DNA from: Minisyncoccota bacterium | Lineage (GTDB): Bacteria; Patescibacteriota; Minisyncoccia; Phycocordibacterales; Zambryskibacteraceae | Assembly (NCBI GenBank): GCA_036517475.1 | Contig: DATDVZ010000009.1 | Location: 14,524 to 78,523, forward strand | Direction: 5' to 3' | DNA length: 64,000 nt | Shown here: positions 54,391 to 64,000 of the stretch, in pieces | Layout of the letters: each line of letters opens with the position of its first letter | Position numbering within the stretch: position 1 is the stretch's first letter | The notes under the pieces: generated by a model | The model's database searches: none | What the model was told of the DNA's origin: nothing | Seen by the model: the letters and a program-made list of their open reading frames with translations, nothing else | Position numbers and translations under genes: made by a program

Positions 54391-54657
54391 CTAATGAGTG
54401 TGATTTTGGGACTGTTCCTCATGCCTCGTGAGAAGTTCATTGAGAAGTCCTAAATGTTCTGACCAAGAAATATGGCTTTTTAACGGGGAATCTGGTTGAA
54501 CGAAAAAGAACTTGCCGGTGGTTATGTTATATGCATTACAGGTTTCTCCTTCAATGTTCATATCTTTCCAGAGTTTCATTACTGGAGAGCGATTGCCATC
54601 TTTTTCTAAAATACAAAGCGCGGGGCCACGTAACCATCCGAAAGTTTTACGAATCAA
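54391..54657 (-). CDS. Hypothetical protein (88 aa) upstream of rpmF
   Basis: ORF in the position where DUF177/YceD is often found, but no DUF177 motifs were recognised. Confidence 0.3.
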   Translation of the reverse strand: MIRKTFGWLRGPALCILEKDGNRSPVMKLWKDMNIEGETCNAYNITTGKFFFVQPDSPLKSHISWSEHLGLLNELLTRHEEQSQNHTH

Positions 54658-54693
54658 CGTATATTCTCCGGATGAGTCTTCAAAACATTCTAA

Positions 54694-55302
54694 CTATAAG
54701 TTTTTGTCTGTCAAATTCTTTAAAAAGCTTATTCTGTGTATTTTAGAGGTCCCAAAATGTTTTATTTTTTTTCGGTGTTCTCTAGTTGCATAACCGTTAT
54801 GAGAATCAAATCCATATTGAGGATAAATTAGGGAATATTTTTTCATTTTTTTATCTCTAACGACCTTTGCAATTACTGCCGCCAGAGATATGCAGCGCAA
54901 TTTATCATCGCCCCCGATTATTGTTCGTTGATTATGATATTCATTCGGAGCTTTAAGTGAACCATCAAGATAAACAAAACATTCCCAAGGATTAATCCCA
55001 AGCCTCTTTAGGCATCTTTTTATAGCGCACTCTGTTGCATATGTGATACCTTTTTTATCTATAACTGTATTAGAAACACACGAAACTTTGTATTCAATTC
55101 TTTCCTTAATTTTTTCTATTTTTGCTAATTTAAACCATTGCTCTCTTTGTTTCTTAGACAATTTTTTTGAATCTCTTATACCTGAAAAATACTTCAGGTA
55201 GCTTTTTTTCCTGAATAGTACAGCACCTACTGCAATGGGACCGGCAAGAGGCCCGCGTCCTGATTCGTCAATACCTATAATATATTTATTGATTTTAGAC
55301 AT
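54694..55302 (-). CDS. rnhB: Ribonuclease HII
   Basis: IIGIDESGRGPLAGPIAVGAVLF is the RNase HII N-terminal catalytic motif. Confidence 0.9.
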   Translation of the reverse strand: MSKINKYIIGIDESGRGPLAGPIAVGAVLFRKKSYLKYFSGIRDSKKLSKKQREQWFKLAKIEKIKERIEYKVSCVSNTVIDKKGITYATECAIKRCLKRLGINPWECFVYLDGSLKAPNEYHNQRTIIGGDDKLRCISLAAVIAKVVRDKKMKKYSLIYPQYGFDSHNGYATREHRKKIKHFGTSKIHRISFLKNLTDKNL

Positions 55303-55406
55303 CTAAATGTCATTTTTTTAACAAAGCCCGCACTTCTCGCCCGCCAAAATTTCCTTTGAAATTTTGGCGGGCAAATCGATTCCTATGATAAATTTTCTTT
55401 TGTTTG

Positions 55407-55430
55407 TCATGGGGTATGCCCCGTGAAATA
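55407..55430. promoter_or_regulatory. Palindrome CATGGGGTATGCCCCGTGAAATA, relative of the pilB-region operator, upstream of dnaE; second half-site TTATCTCATGGGGTATAATG at 55466-55486
   Basis: 24 nt nearly identical to 24442-24465. The proximal half-site embeds a TATAAT box 17 nt before the dnaE ATG. Confidence 0.55.
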
Positions 55431-55502
55431 CAGATAATATGAGTAAGAATTGTAATATGGGAATCATTATCTCATGGGGTATAATGTGCCCATAATTTTA
55501 CT

Positions 55503-58500
55503 ATGAGAGACTTTACCCATCTACACACCCATTCACACTACAGTCTCCTTCAGGCTCTGCCAAAAATTCCTGATCTTGTAGCTTCAGCCAAAAAATACGG
55601 AATGCACTCCCTTACTTTGACTGATGTAGGTAATTTGTACGGAGCAATTGAATTTTATAAGGAATGCAAAAATCAGGAAATAAAGCCAATTATAGGAGTT
55701 GATTTTTATCTCTCGGCAAGAAGTCGCTTCGATAAGCAAGCTGGTATTGATAATAGGAGAACGCGACTGATACTACTGGCAAAAGATGAAACTGGTTATA
55801 AGAATTTAATAGAACTTGTTACAAAATCTCATTTGGAGGGATTTTACTATAAGCCCAGAATTGACAGGCAGCTTTTAGAAAAACACCATGAAGGACTTGT
55901 CGCCATCTCTCCGTTATTTGGTGGTGAAATTACCTTAGACTTCGGCAATGAAACTTTGATGGATCAGACTTTGGATTTCTATAAAAGTGTTTTTGGGAAC
56001 GATTTTTATCTTCAACTGACAGTTCATCCTGAAATAGATGGACATGAAGAAAAAATAAAACATGTGACAGAAATTTCAAAAAAATACGAAGTCCCCATTG
56101 TTGCTTCACATGAAGTCTATTACATCTCTCCACAGGATAAGCTCTCAAGAGACACCTTACTTGCAGTACAAAACATCGGTGAAAAGGACCGCGACTACTC
56201 AGAAGGGGGGGAGGATTTTTCTTTTATTTCTTGCGAATTAGCAGAGGATTATTTTAAGAGTTTCCCAGAAGCTTTAAAAAATAACTCGGAAATTGAAAAA
56301 AAATGCAATCTGGAACTCAAACTTGGCTCATGGGTATTCCCCCACTTTGAGGTTCCTAGTGGAAGCAATCATGACAATGAACTGAAGAAATTAGTTTATG
56401 ATGGCTTAAAAAGAAGAAAACTGGATGAAACAGATGAAATCAAGGAAAGGATTGAATACGAACTGAGTGTAATAGCAAAAAAAGGTTATTCGCCCTACTT
56501 TTTAATAGTTGCTGATATATTGCGTTTTGCCCATGAGAATAAAATTATTACCAATACCAGAGGATCTGTTGCGGGCTCGATGGTAAGTTTCCTTTGTGGT
56601 ATTACAACTGTAAATCCAATTGAATATAAACTTCCTTTCGAAAGATTCCTTAATCCTGAGCGGCCATCTGCGCCTGATATTGATATAGATATAGCTGATG
56701 ATAAAAGAGATGGGGTGATTGAATATGCGAGAAAAAAATACGGAGAGGATAAGGTGGCCCAAATTGGAACCTTTGGAACAATGATGGCAAGAGGTGCTGT
56801 GCGAGATATAGCGCGAGCGCTGGATTTCCCTTATTCTCTAGGCGACAGAATTGCAAAATTGATTCCTTTTGGATCTCAGGGCTTTCCAATGACAATAGAT
56901 AAGGCCTTCGAGATAGTCCCCGAATTAAAGAATCTCTATGAAAGTGAGAAAGATGTCAGAGACATAATTGATATGGCAAAAAAGATAGAGGGTTGCGCAA
57001 GACACATCTCTGTTCATGCAGCAGGTGTTGTGATTTCTCCTACAAAACTTACAGACTTTGTACCTCTGCAATATGACCCCAAGGGGGAAAATAAAGTTAT
57101 TACTCAATACGACATGTATTCAATTGAAGATGCTGGGCTTCTGAAATTTGACCTGTTGGGGCTTAAAAATCTGGCAATTATTGCTGACACAATTCATAGG
57201 TTGGAAGCCATAGAAGGAAAAACTATTGATATTGAAAACATACCTTTGGATGATAAAAAAACTTTTGAAATTCTCTCACGGGGTGAGACCGAGGGGGTGT
57301 TTCAATTGAACGGAGACGGTATGACCAGATTTCTTATTGAACTCAAACCTTCATCAATTCATGATATAAACGCAATGGTTGCTTTATATCGCCCAGGACC
57401 GATGGAGGTTATTCCGGAATATATCCGCAGAAAAAATAATCCAAAACTTATAACCTTTCTTGATCCAAGAATGGAGAAATTCCTTAAAGAATCATACGGG
57501 TTAATAGTTTATCAGGATGATTTGCTTTTTTGCGCAATAGATCTGGCCGGATATAGCTGGATTGAAGCTGATAAATTCCGCAAAGCAGTTGGTAAAAAAA
57601 TTCCTGCTGAAATGGCGGCACAGAAGAAAAAATTTATTGATGGTGTTATTGAAAATGGACAAAGTCCCGCATTTGCAGAAAAGCTTTGGAAACTTTTTGA
57701 GCCCTTTCAGGCATATGGATTCAATAAAGCACATGCAGCAAGTTACGGAAGGGTCTCATATCAGACTGCCTATCTAAAGGCTAATTATCCAGCAATCTAT
57801 ATGTCGGCTGTTTTAACTGCTGATTCAGGAAATATTGAAAAAATTGCCACTTTTATTAATGAATGCAAAAGGATGGGGATTCCGGTACTTCCTCCATCAG
57901 TAAATGAAAGTTTCAGAGGTTTTAGTGTTGTGCGCGCAGATAGGGTGCCTGACACAATTAGATTCGGACTTGCAACAATAAAAAACTTCGGCGAGGGAAT
58001 TTCTCGCTCAATAGTTGAGGAAAGAAAACAGAACGGAAAATTTATATCTCTACCAGACTTTATCCAGAGAATTAAGGATAAAAATTTAAACAAAAAATCT
58101 CTTGAATCTCTAATCAAAGCAGGAGCACTTGATGAATTTGAAGACCGGGGGGTGATGTTTGCAAATCTGGAATTATTGCTTGAGTTTCACAAGGAGCAAA
58201 TGATGGGAAGTTCATCCCATGACTCGCTTTTCGGCACAGTAGGAGAAATTTCATCAATTTCCTTGAAACCTGCTCTAATTGCAACAATCAAAGATAAGTT
58301 AGCGTGGGAAAGGGAGCTTCTTGGATTATATATTTCTGGCCATCCGCTTGATAACTTTAAGGACAGAATTGAAAAATCGGGAAATAATATTTTAAAAATC
58401 CGCTCAGATCCGAAGGAGGGTGTAGTGGTAGTTCTGGCCGGCATTGTGGATGAGTTAAGAGAAGTTACGACCAAAGGAAATGAGAGAATGATGTTTTTCA

Positions 58501-58664
58501 AATTATCTGACTTAACCGGCTCTATTGAGGGTGTTGCTTTTCCAAGAACATACGAGGCTCTGAAAGAAATTGTCAAACCGGAAGCATGTATTGCAATCGG
58601 GGGTAAAATTTCAAAAAGAAACGGCGAGGTAAGTATTATTCTTGAGAAAGCCAAGGTTTTATAA
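55503..58664 (+). CDS. dnaE: DNA polymerase III alpha subunit (DnaE)
   Basis: PHP domain HLHTHSHYS. Pol IIIalpha catalytic core, fingers, beta-binding and OB regions. Confidence 0.95.
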   Translation: MRDFTHLHTHSHYSLLQALPKIPDLVASAKKYGMHSLTLTDVGNLYGAIEFYKECKNQEIKPIIGVDFYLSARSRFDKQAGIDNRRTRLILLAKDETGYKNLIELVTKSHLEGFYYKPRIDRQLLEKHHEGLVAISPLFGGEITLDFGNETLMDQTLDFYKSVFGNDFYLQLTVHPEIDGHEEKIKHVTEISKKYEVPIVASHEVYYISPQDKLSRDTLLAVQNIGEKDRDYSEGGEDFSFISCELAEDYFKSFPEALKNNSEIEKKCNLELKLGSWVFPHFEVPSGSNHDNELKKLVYDGLKRRKLDETDEIKERIEYELSVIAKKGYSPYFLIVADILRFAHENKIITNTRGSVAGSMVSFLCGITTVNPIEYKLPFERFLNPERPSAPDIDIDIADDKRDGVIEYARKKYGEDKVAQIGTFGTMMARGAVRDIARALDFPYSLGDRIAKLIPFGSQGFPMTIDKAFEIVPELKNLYESEKDVRDIIDMAKKIEGCARHISVHAAGVVISPTKLTDFVPLQYDPKGENKVITQYDMYSIEDAGLLKFDLLGLKNLAIIADTIHRLEAIEGKTIDIENIPLDDKKTFEILSRGETEGVFQLNGDGMTRFLIELKPSSIHDINAMVALYRPGPMEVIPEYIRRKNNPKLITFLDPRMEKFLKESYGLIVYQDDLLFCAIDLAGYSWIEADKFRKAVGKKIPAEMAAQKKKFIDGVIENGQSPAFAEKLWKLFEPFQAYGFNKAHAASYGRVSYQTAYLKANYPAIYMSAVLTADSGNIEKIATFINECKRMGIPVLPPSVNESFRGFSVVRADRVPDTIRFGLATIKNFGEGISRSIVEERKQNGKFISLPDFIQRIKDKNLNKKSLESLIKAGALDEFEDRGVMFANLELLLEFHKEQMMGSSSHDSLFGTVGEISSISLKPALIATIKDKLAWERELLGLYISGHPLDNFKDRIEKSGNNILKIRSDPKEGVVVVLAGIVDELREVTTKGNERMMFFKLSDLTGSIEGVAFPRTYEALKEIVKPEACIAIGGKISKRNGEVSIILEKAKVL

Positions 58665-58678
58665 AAAAAGAGAGGTAT

Positions 58679-58984
58679 TTATCCTCTCTTCAAGTAATAC
58701 TGATCTTTTGGGTTTCCGACGGGCTCCTGTGGTTGATATTTCTCAGAACTATGATCAAAATCTCCTCTGATTTCACGAATTGATCTTGTGGCCATTTCAC
58801 GAACCTCACGACTTTCATCTACTTTTGCGCACGCTTGAAGAGCAATTATCACATCATTCTGAAGATTGGGCTTTGCTCTTGCCAAACCCCCTAAAGTTCT
58901 TGCAGCAAACCATCTTTGTGAACGATCCTCATGAGAAAGTAAAGCAAGAGTTGTCTTAATGGCTTGTGCGTTCGTAAGAATCAT
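58679..58984 (-). CDS. HEAT/PBS-lyase-like repeat protein (101 aa)
   Basis: Repeated WFAARTLGGLA / VREMATRSIREI helical-repeat motifs. Confidence 0.5.
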   Translation of the reverse strand: MILTNAQAIKTTLALLSHEDRSQRWFAARTLGGLARAKPNLQNDVIIALQACAKVDESREVREMATRSIREIRGDFDHSSEKYQPQEPVGNPKDQYYLKRG

Positions 58985-59069
58985 TTATTACCTCGCCAGG
59001 AACAGTAACTAATCAATATCATACAAGTTATTAGCTAATATTCAACATTTATATAAATTAAAAAACTTG

Positions 59070-59426
59070 CTAGCCTGTAGCAAGTTTTAGACGATCCGGC
59101 AGGGCGCGAAGTTTATCAAGAACTTCATCCATAAGACCAAGCACCATTGCCTGCATGGAATTCATTCTTCCTGGGGAGAAATCCTGAGAGATCTCTAACC
59201 AATTTCTGCCGACGTTGGGAGAAATAAACTTTGAACTATGAAGATACATATGGATATTTGCGACTCTGGTACGTGCTGTAGATTCTGGATCTAGTTTATC
59301 CTCATCACCTAAAGAATGAGAAAGAGCTGACACCATGAGCTTCCAATCAGTAAATGAAATTCGGAGATATTCACAAATAGCATCTGTTGAATGCCTATAG
59401 AGTGACCAATCAAGGACCTCACCCAT
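59070..59426 (-). CDS. Hypothetical protein (118 aa), GC-rich
   Basis: ORF with the minus-strand terminator hairpin aacttgcta-gcc-tagcaagtt plus T-run just downstream (59052-59078). Confidence 0.45.
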   Translation of the reverse strand: MGEVLDWSLYRHSTDAICEYLRISFTDWKLMVSALSHSLGDEDKLDPESTARTRVANIHMYLHSSKFISPNVGRNWLEISQDFSPGRMNSMQAMVLGLMDEVLDKLRALPDRLKLATG

Positions 59427-59567
59427 TTTGCTATCCCTATAAAAATCTAAGTAAACATTATCATAATTCTCAATAAATTAAACTGTGGTAGGATAATTGT
59501 TACCTGTCCCGTTAGAATTAACGGGCAAAATCAAATCTAGCATCTATAATTTTAAATAACCCCAAAG

Positions 59568-61358
59568 ATGCCAAAGCTTAAGAAAAATAACGGGAATTCT
59601 AATGGGATGGCTGATCAAAAACTATCCAACTTAAGGCATTCTTTGTCCCACCTTTTGGCCGCCGCCGTAAAGGAAATCTACCCTGATGCTAAGCCAACTT
59701 TAGGCCCGGCTATTGAAAACGGTTTTTACTATGATTTTGACGATTTAAATATTTCAGATGGTGATCTGCCAATAATTGAGGCAAAAATGAAGGAGATTCT
59801 CCCTTCATGGGAAAAATTTGAGGGTAAAGAAATTACAGAAGAAGAAGTAAGGAATTATTTCAAAAATAATCCATATAAATTAGAACTTATAGATGAAATT
59901 TTAAGCAAAGGAGAAAAAATAACTCTTTACACATCGGGTCCGCCAACTGGCGGATTTACAGATCTCTGCCGCGGAGGACATATTGATAATCCTTCAAAAA
60001 TAGATCCAAGGTCTTTTAAACTTTCCCATATTGCCGGAGCATACTGGAGGGGGAATGAAAAAAATAAAATGTTAACCCGCATTTACGGTCTTGCTTTCAG
60101 CACAAAAGAAGAGTTGAAGGAGTATCTCAAAATGCAGGAAGAGGCAGAAAAAAGAGACCATCGCATACTTGGCAAGGAATTGGGGTTATTTATTTTTTCT
60201 GATCTCGTTGGTCCGGGACTTCCGCTTTACACTCCGAAAGGTAATGTATTAAGAAATGAGATTGTTAATTTTTCTCGTGAGCTCAATAATAAAATCGGTT
60301 ATGAAGAGGTCCACACACCCAATATTAACAAAGCGGAACTTTTTAAAATTTCAGGCCATTATGAAAAATACAAGGAAGACATGCTTGAGGTTAAAACACA
60401 TTACAGCAAAGAGGAATATTTCCTTAAACCAATGAACTGCCCACAACATACTCAAATCTATGCTTCGCAAACTCGAAGTTACAGAGATTTACCCATAAGA
60501 ATTGCTGATTTTGCAAATCTTTACCGTGATGAAAGGCCGGGTGAACTTTCTGGTTTGACAAGGCTTCGCTACTTTGCCCAAGACGACGGGCATTGCTTCT
60601 GTACAGAGGAACAGATTGAAGAGGAATTTTTAAAAATTCTCGGAGTTGTTGAGGAAGCTCTCAAAACTTACAAAATGCAATATACGATCTGGCTTTCTTT
60701 GAGAGATCTTGCCAAAAAGGAAAAATATGTCGGAACAGATGAAGTTTGGGAAGACGCAGAAGAAATATTGCGAAAGATTCTCAAAAAGCAAAAAATTAAT
60801 TTTATAGAAAAGGAGGGAGAGGCCGCTTTTTACGGGCCTAAAATGGATATTGTCGTTAAAGATGCAATCGGCAGAGAGTGGCAGATTTCAACAATACAAC
60901 TTGATTTTAATATGCCAGAAAGATTTGGCTTGAAATTTGCCGATCATGATGGTAAAGAGAAAACTCCAATTATGATTCATCGCGCTCTAGTTGGTTCTCC
61001 TGACAGATTTCTTGGAATTCTAATTGAGCATTACGCTGGAGCATTTCCAGTTTGGCTTTCTCCTATCCAGGTGAAAATTTTACCAATCGGAGAGGCTCAT
61101 CAAAAATTTGCCCAGCAAATTTTTGATGCATTAAAAGAATCAGGCATAAGAGCAGAATTAGATGACAGTAATGAAACACTTGGCAAAAAAATACGAAATT
61201 GGAAAATTGAAAAGATTCCATATGCAATAGTAATCGGAGATAAAGAAGTTGAATCCAAAAAAATTAAAGTTGAATCTCGCGATAAAGGAGATTTGGGACA
61301 AGTATCATCTGAAGAATTTACAAAAAATTTAAAAGAAGAAATATCTGATAAGAAATAA
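59568..61358 (+). CDS. thrS: Threonyl-tRNA synthetase
   Basis: Class II aaRS motifs, the ThrRS zinc-binding catalytic core and a C-terminal anticodon-binding domain. Confidence 0.93.
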   Translation: MPKLKKNNGNSNGMADQKLSNLRHSLSHLLAAAVKEIYPDAKPTLGPAIENGFYYDFDDLNISDGDLPIIEAKMKEILPSWEKFEGKEITEEEVRNYFKNNPYKLELIDEILSKGEKITLYTSGPPTGGFTDLCRGGHIDNPSKIDPRSFKLSHIAGAYWRGNEKNKMLTRIYGLAFSTKEELKEYLKMQEEAEKRDHRILGKELGLFIFSDLVGPGLPLYTPKGNVLRNEIVNFSRELNNKIGYEEVHTPNINKAELFKISGHYEKYKEDMLEVKTHYSKEEYFLKPMNCPQHTQIYASQTRSYRDLPIRIADFANLYRDERPGELSGLTRLRYFAQDDGHCFCTEEQIEEEFLKILGVVEEALKTYKMQYTIWLSLRDLAKKEKYVGTDEVWEDAEEILRKILKKQKINFIEKEGEAAFYGPKMDIVVKDAIGREWQISTIQLDFNMPERFGLKFADHDGKEKTPIMIHRALVGSPDRFLGILIEHYAGAFPVWLSPIQVKILPIGEAHQKFAQQIFDALKESGIRAELDDSNETLGKKIRNWKIEKIPYAIVIGDKEVESKKIKVESRDKGDLGQVSSEEFTKNLKEEISDKK

Positions 61359-61360
61359 TA

Positions 61361-61990
61361 ATGAAAATTACCAAATTCGGACAATGTTGTTTGTTGATTG
61401 AGACAAAAGGGAAAAGAATTCTTACTGATCCCGGGAGTTATAGTATTGAAGCACATTCGAGGCTTAAGAACTTAGATTGTGTGTTTTTCACTCATGAACA
61501 TCAGGATCATTACCATTTGGAATCTCTAAAAATTATTATTGAAAATAACCCTCAAGCTATTATATATACAAATACTTCAGTAGATGATTTGTTGAAAAAA
61601 GAAAATATTATTCACACATTGATTAAGCATGGCGATAGTGTGTCTCTGGGAGAAATTACTATAGTCGGTATAGGAGAAAAGCACGCTATGGTGCATAGTG
61701 AAATTCCATTATCAGAAAACACGGGCTATATGATTGATGATCTTTGGTATCCGGGTGATGCATTCACAAATCCAGAAAGAGAACTCAGAGTTCTTGCTCT
61801 ACCCGTTACTGGACCGTGGCTAAAAATAAGCGAATCGGTGGATTATGCAATTTTACTAAAACCAAAATTTGCTTTCCCCGTCCATGATTTCAAAAGATCA
61901 GGAATTGACCACTCCACTCCAGCAAAAATACTACCATTACATGAAATTGAATTTGTCCCAATGATTGAAGGAGAAACAAAAGAATTTTAA
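61361..61990 (+). CDS. Metallo-beta-lactamase-fold hydrolase
   Basis: HEHQDHYH (HxHxDH) motif. Start is 3 nt after the thrS stop. Confidence 0.75.
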   Translation: MKITKFGQCCLLIETKGKRILTDPGSYSIEAHSRLKNLDCVFFTHEHQDHYHLESLKIIIENNPQAIIYTNTSVDDLLKKENIIHTLIKHGDSVSLGEITIVGIGEKHAMVHSEIPLSENTGYMIDDLWYPGDAFTNPERELRVLALPVTGPWLKISESVDYAILLKPKFAFPVHDFKRSGIDHSTPAKILPLHEIEFVPMIEGETKEF

Positions 61991-62044
61991 TTGACTTTTC
62001 TTGTATTTTATTTAGAATTTTGACCAGATTTAATTAAAGGAGTA

Positions 62045-62359
62045 GTGGTGAAACTTTTATTACTAGTCACGCTTTCATTGCTCTTTTGCATTGCCCAAGT
62101 ATCACTCTTGATTTATTGGTTTAGGAGCTCTATCAAAAAGCCTACGAGGCATTTCTTGTTTGTCTTCTGGGCTTCTCTTACCGCGATTTTTCTTATTGGA
62201 CTACCAGCAATTTTTATTTATGAAACTGATAGGGAGCAAAAAAACCTTTTTGTTTCCATGGATCTCTTGATTCTGGCAGTTTCAATTGTCCTTACCAAGT
62301 ACTATTATCGCAGATACTGGCTAAACCGTCCTCGCAGATTTCGAAGACAGCCCATTTAA
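62045..62359 (+). CDS. Hypothetical membrane protein (104 aa)
   Basis: Three hydrophobic segments. SD aaaggagtagtGTG/ATG region. Hairpin terminator at 62351-62380. Confidence 0.4.
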   Translation: MVKLLLLVTLSLLFCIAQVSLLIYWFRSSIKKPTRHFLFVFWASLTAIFLIGLPAIFIYETDREQKNLFVSMDLLILAVSIVLTKYYYRRYWLNRPRRFRRQPI

Positions 62360-62426
62360 AAAATGGGCTTTTTAATTTTTTAATTTAAAGAAATTAAAAA
62401 ACTCCGAACGCTTAGAGCATTCGGAG

Positions 62427-63044
62427 TTAGCAGTTTTTTGGAAATCTACCAAAGGTAGGAAGAACAAAAACATGAAATGCGTTGGTTACCCTCTCCTCAA
62501 TAGCAATCACCTGATTGCACCTCTGTAGTGCCACAAGATGATTACGCATCCATCGGATCTGCTTTGACGAGAGGCTCTTTTTGGAAATATCAAGCGTTGA
62601 GCCAGTTAAGTGCGGCGAGCACGTCAATGGAGTGTCACATCGTGCCGCATTGACGTTTCTTCGTTGCAGCATTCTTTGATATCCAATAGTACGGACCAGA
62701 GAAGTTACCTTGAATCTTGCTCCAGGAAAGGCGCGGTCGAAGTGGCCACCTTCCCGAGCAAGAAAGTTTGCAACCCAGGGGCGAGCATGTGTTAATGTTC
62801 CCCTCTCCAGTTCGGGATCAATATAAAAACCGACCCCACGAGAAGCAATGGGAACCAGACGTCCGCTTCTTGCCATCTTACGGATCTGTTCCCTGCTTCT
62901 CATTGGAGACAGATCATGTCTCACGGCAATCCTATTTTGCTTCTCGAGCTTGGCACGGCTGCCAAGAAGAGCAATCGGCCTCTGTGCATTCCCATTCGAA
63001 ACATTTCCGACAAGGATTGCAATTATTGCAATGAGGTATCTCAC
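62427..63044 (-). CDS. Secreted LAS/M15-like zinc peptidase candidate (205 aa), GC-rich
   Basis: Signal peptide. CSPHLTGSTLDIS fits the H-x3-6-D zinc-ligand pattern of VanX/DD-carboxypeptidase-like enzymes. Minus-strand terminator at 62395-62426. Confidence 0.45.
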   Translation of the reverse strand: MRYLIAIIAILVGNVSNGNAQRPIALLGSRAKLEKQNRIAVRHDLSPMRSREQIRKMARSGRLVPIASRGVGFYIDPELERGTLTHARPWVANFLAREGGHFDRAFPGARFKVTSLVRTIGYQRMLQRRNVNAARCDTPLTCSPHLTGSTLDISKKSLSSKQIRWMRNHLVALQRCNQVIAIEERVTNAFHVFVLPTFGRFPKNC

Positions 63045-63369
63045 ATTTCCTCCAAGAACTATCTTTTTTATTTATACATCAAAATAATATTTTAGCAAGA
63101 TCTCGTCTTAACATAAAAACATTCAAAAAAGTCAGTTTTTTGAAGTTAGAAAATATTTTCTCAGAAGAAAATTATTTTTTTGTTACTTGTTGCCAGAGCC
63201 AGATGCCGACAAGGATAAGGTCAACTAAAACCACAAGCCAAGTGATAAAACCAAACGATCCTAGTCCCCCGTTCATCATGCCCCAGCTGCCATAATTTCC
63301 CATCATATTAGTTATATTCTAGCATTTTGGTCTCGCTAGTTATACACATATAAGTTATCGAGGACTTGA

Positions 63370-63392
63370 CTTATACCCCCTAGGGGTATAAG
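63370..63392. promoter_or_regulatory. CsoR-type operator: palindrome CTTATACCCCCTAGGGGTATAAG
   Basis: GC-rich dyad (TACCCC...GGGGTA) 12 nt upstream of the csoR ATG, typical of CsoR/RcnR operators. Confidence 0.6.
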
Positions 63393-63403
63393 ATTCAAAA
63401 TAT

Positions 63404-63673
63404 ATGAAACCAGATATCAAAAAGAAAGTTAAAAGGAGGTTAAAAATTATAGAGGGCCAAGTAAGAGGCATACAAAAAATGGTTGAAGATGAAAAATACT
63501 GTGTTGATATTATTACCCAGTCCAATGCAATACGAGAGGCGCTTTCTGGTGTAGAGAACTTTATTCTTGAAAATCACTTGGGCACTCATGTTGTTCACCA
63601 AGTTCATCACGGCAAGACAAGGAAGGCTATAGGTGAAATTATGAAGATTTATAAACTAGCAAAAAAGAAATGA
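63404..63673 (+). CDS. csoR: CsoR/RcnR-family metal-sensing transcriptional repressor
   Basis: [28 protein letters not shown] with the conserved Cys/His ligands of the family. Confidence 0.85.
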   Translation: [89 protein letters not shown]

Positions 63674-64000
63674 GAACAAAAAATGTAATTATTTTCATTT
63701 TGGTTGTAGTAGCCGCTCTTGGATTCATGTTCTTTTACGCTAGACCTGCAGGCGATAATATTGATACGAAAAACTACTCTGAAGCTTCAGTAAATGTTTT
63801 AACTTCTGATAAAACTCTTCACGACTTTGGCACAATTTCAATGAAAGATGGGAATGTAAAAACAATATTTAAAATTAAAAATCCAACAGAGGAAATCCTG
63901 ACTCTAAACAAGCTCTACACTTCCTGCATGTGTACAAGCGCAACTTTAATTGTTGGAAATAAAACTCAAGGCCCATTTGGCATGCCGGGGCACTCTGCTA
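63670..64000 (+). CDS. Partial ORF (runs off the right edge): membrane-anchored DUF1573-like protein overlapping the csoR stop (ATGA)
   Basis: MRTKNVIIFILVVVAALGF TM anchor. LHDFGTISMKDGNVKTIFKIKNPTEE...YTSCMCTS resembles DUF1573 (ASPM/SPD-2-like beta-sandwich). Confidence 0.5.
   Translation, partial: MRTKNVIIFILVVVAALGFMFFYARPAGDNIDTKNYSEASVNVLTSDKTLHDFGTISMKDGNVKTIFKIKNPTEEILTLNKLYTSCMCTSATLIVGNKTQGPFGMPGHSA

Noticed and set aside
56502-57777. Small ORFs on either strand inside dnaE (56502-56762, 56650-56895, 57501-57734, 57562-57777)
   Set aside because: They are embedded in the intact DnaE reading frame. There is no evidence of an intein, intron or frameshift. They are shadow ORFs.

Overview
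This 64 kb window is AT-rich and compactly organised. Its short rpoB, ATPase-degenerate PriA, short SMC and streamlined gene set fit a small-genome bacterium such as a CPR/Patescibacteria-like lineage (inference).

Most of the window is core housekeeping. Recognisable genes are holB, mreB, priA-like, def-fmt, hpf, msrA, dinB, an OmpR-type two-component pair, a pilB/pilC-like type IV pilus/T2SS module, uppP, a DsbA-like oxidoreductase, a contiguous rpoD-dnaG-rpoC-rpoB block, trmD, a sugar transferase, khpA-like, rpsP, RNase R, SMC, rnc, a nusB-NUDIX fusion, rpmF, rnhB, dnaE, thrS, an MBL hydrolase and csoR.

Several non-standard elements sit within this backbone:
1. A tRNA-Asn(GUU) whose 5' end is overlapped by a small GIY-YIG nuclease ORF. 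The ORF terminates on a TAG inside the tRNA and is flanked by a 15-bp direct repeat of the tRNA 5' end.
2. A compositionally distinct, all-plus-strand block of about 8 kb (10.2-18.0 kb) with consensus TTGACA promoters, strong Shine-Dalgarno sites and GC-rich terminators. It carries an HTH protein translationally coupled to a MORC/MutL-type GHKL ATPase, a DEDDh exonuclease, a zinc-ribbon protein, a possible Cys-His peptidase and a basic protein. This is the strongest candidate in the window for an undescribed conflict or defence system.
3. Three 32-40 bp perfect palindromes with a TTATACGATCGTATAA core. Two bracket a winged-helix + Cas2-like (PaaX-like) regulator gene and the RNase R promoter; the third lies 3' of mreB.
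4. Twin 34/36-bp perfect palindromes 19 kb apart (11.6 kb and 30.6 kb) that differ only by a compensatory base pair.
5. Two MITE-like about 180-205 bp segments bounded by identical 19-20 nt inverted termini (CCCGTTAGAGAT family). One provides the priA start codon.
6. A nested-palindrome micro-element present once after fmt and once in-frame inside trmD.
7. A 24-28 bp palindrome (TCTCAYGGGGTATACCCCRTGAGA) shared by the pilB-operon and dnaE promoter regions.
8. A Cas4-like Fe-S PD-(D/E)XK nuclease overlapping a membrane-protein gene.
9. A 160-bp GC-rich structured element between the convergent rnr and Cas4-like genes.

No CRISPR array, rRNA, integrase or transposase gene was found.
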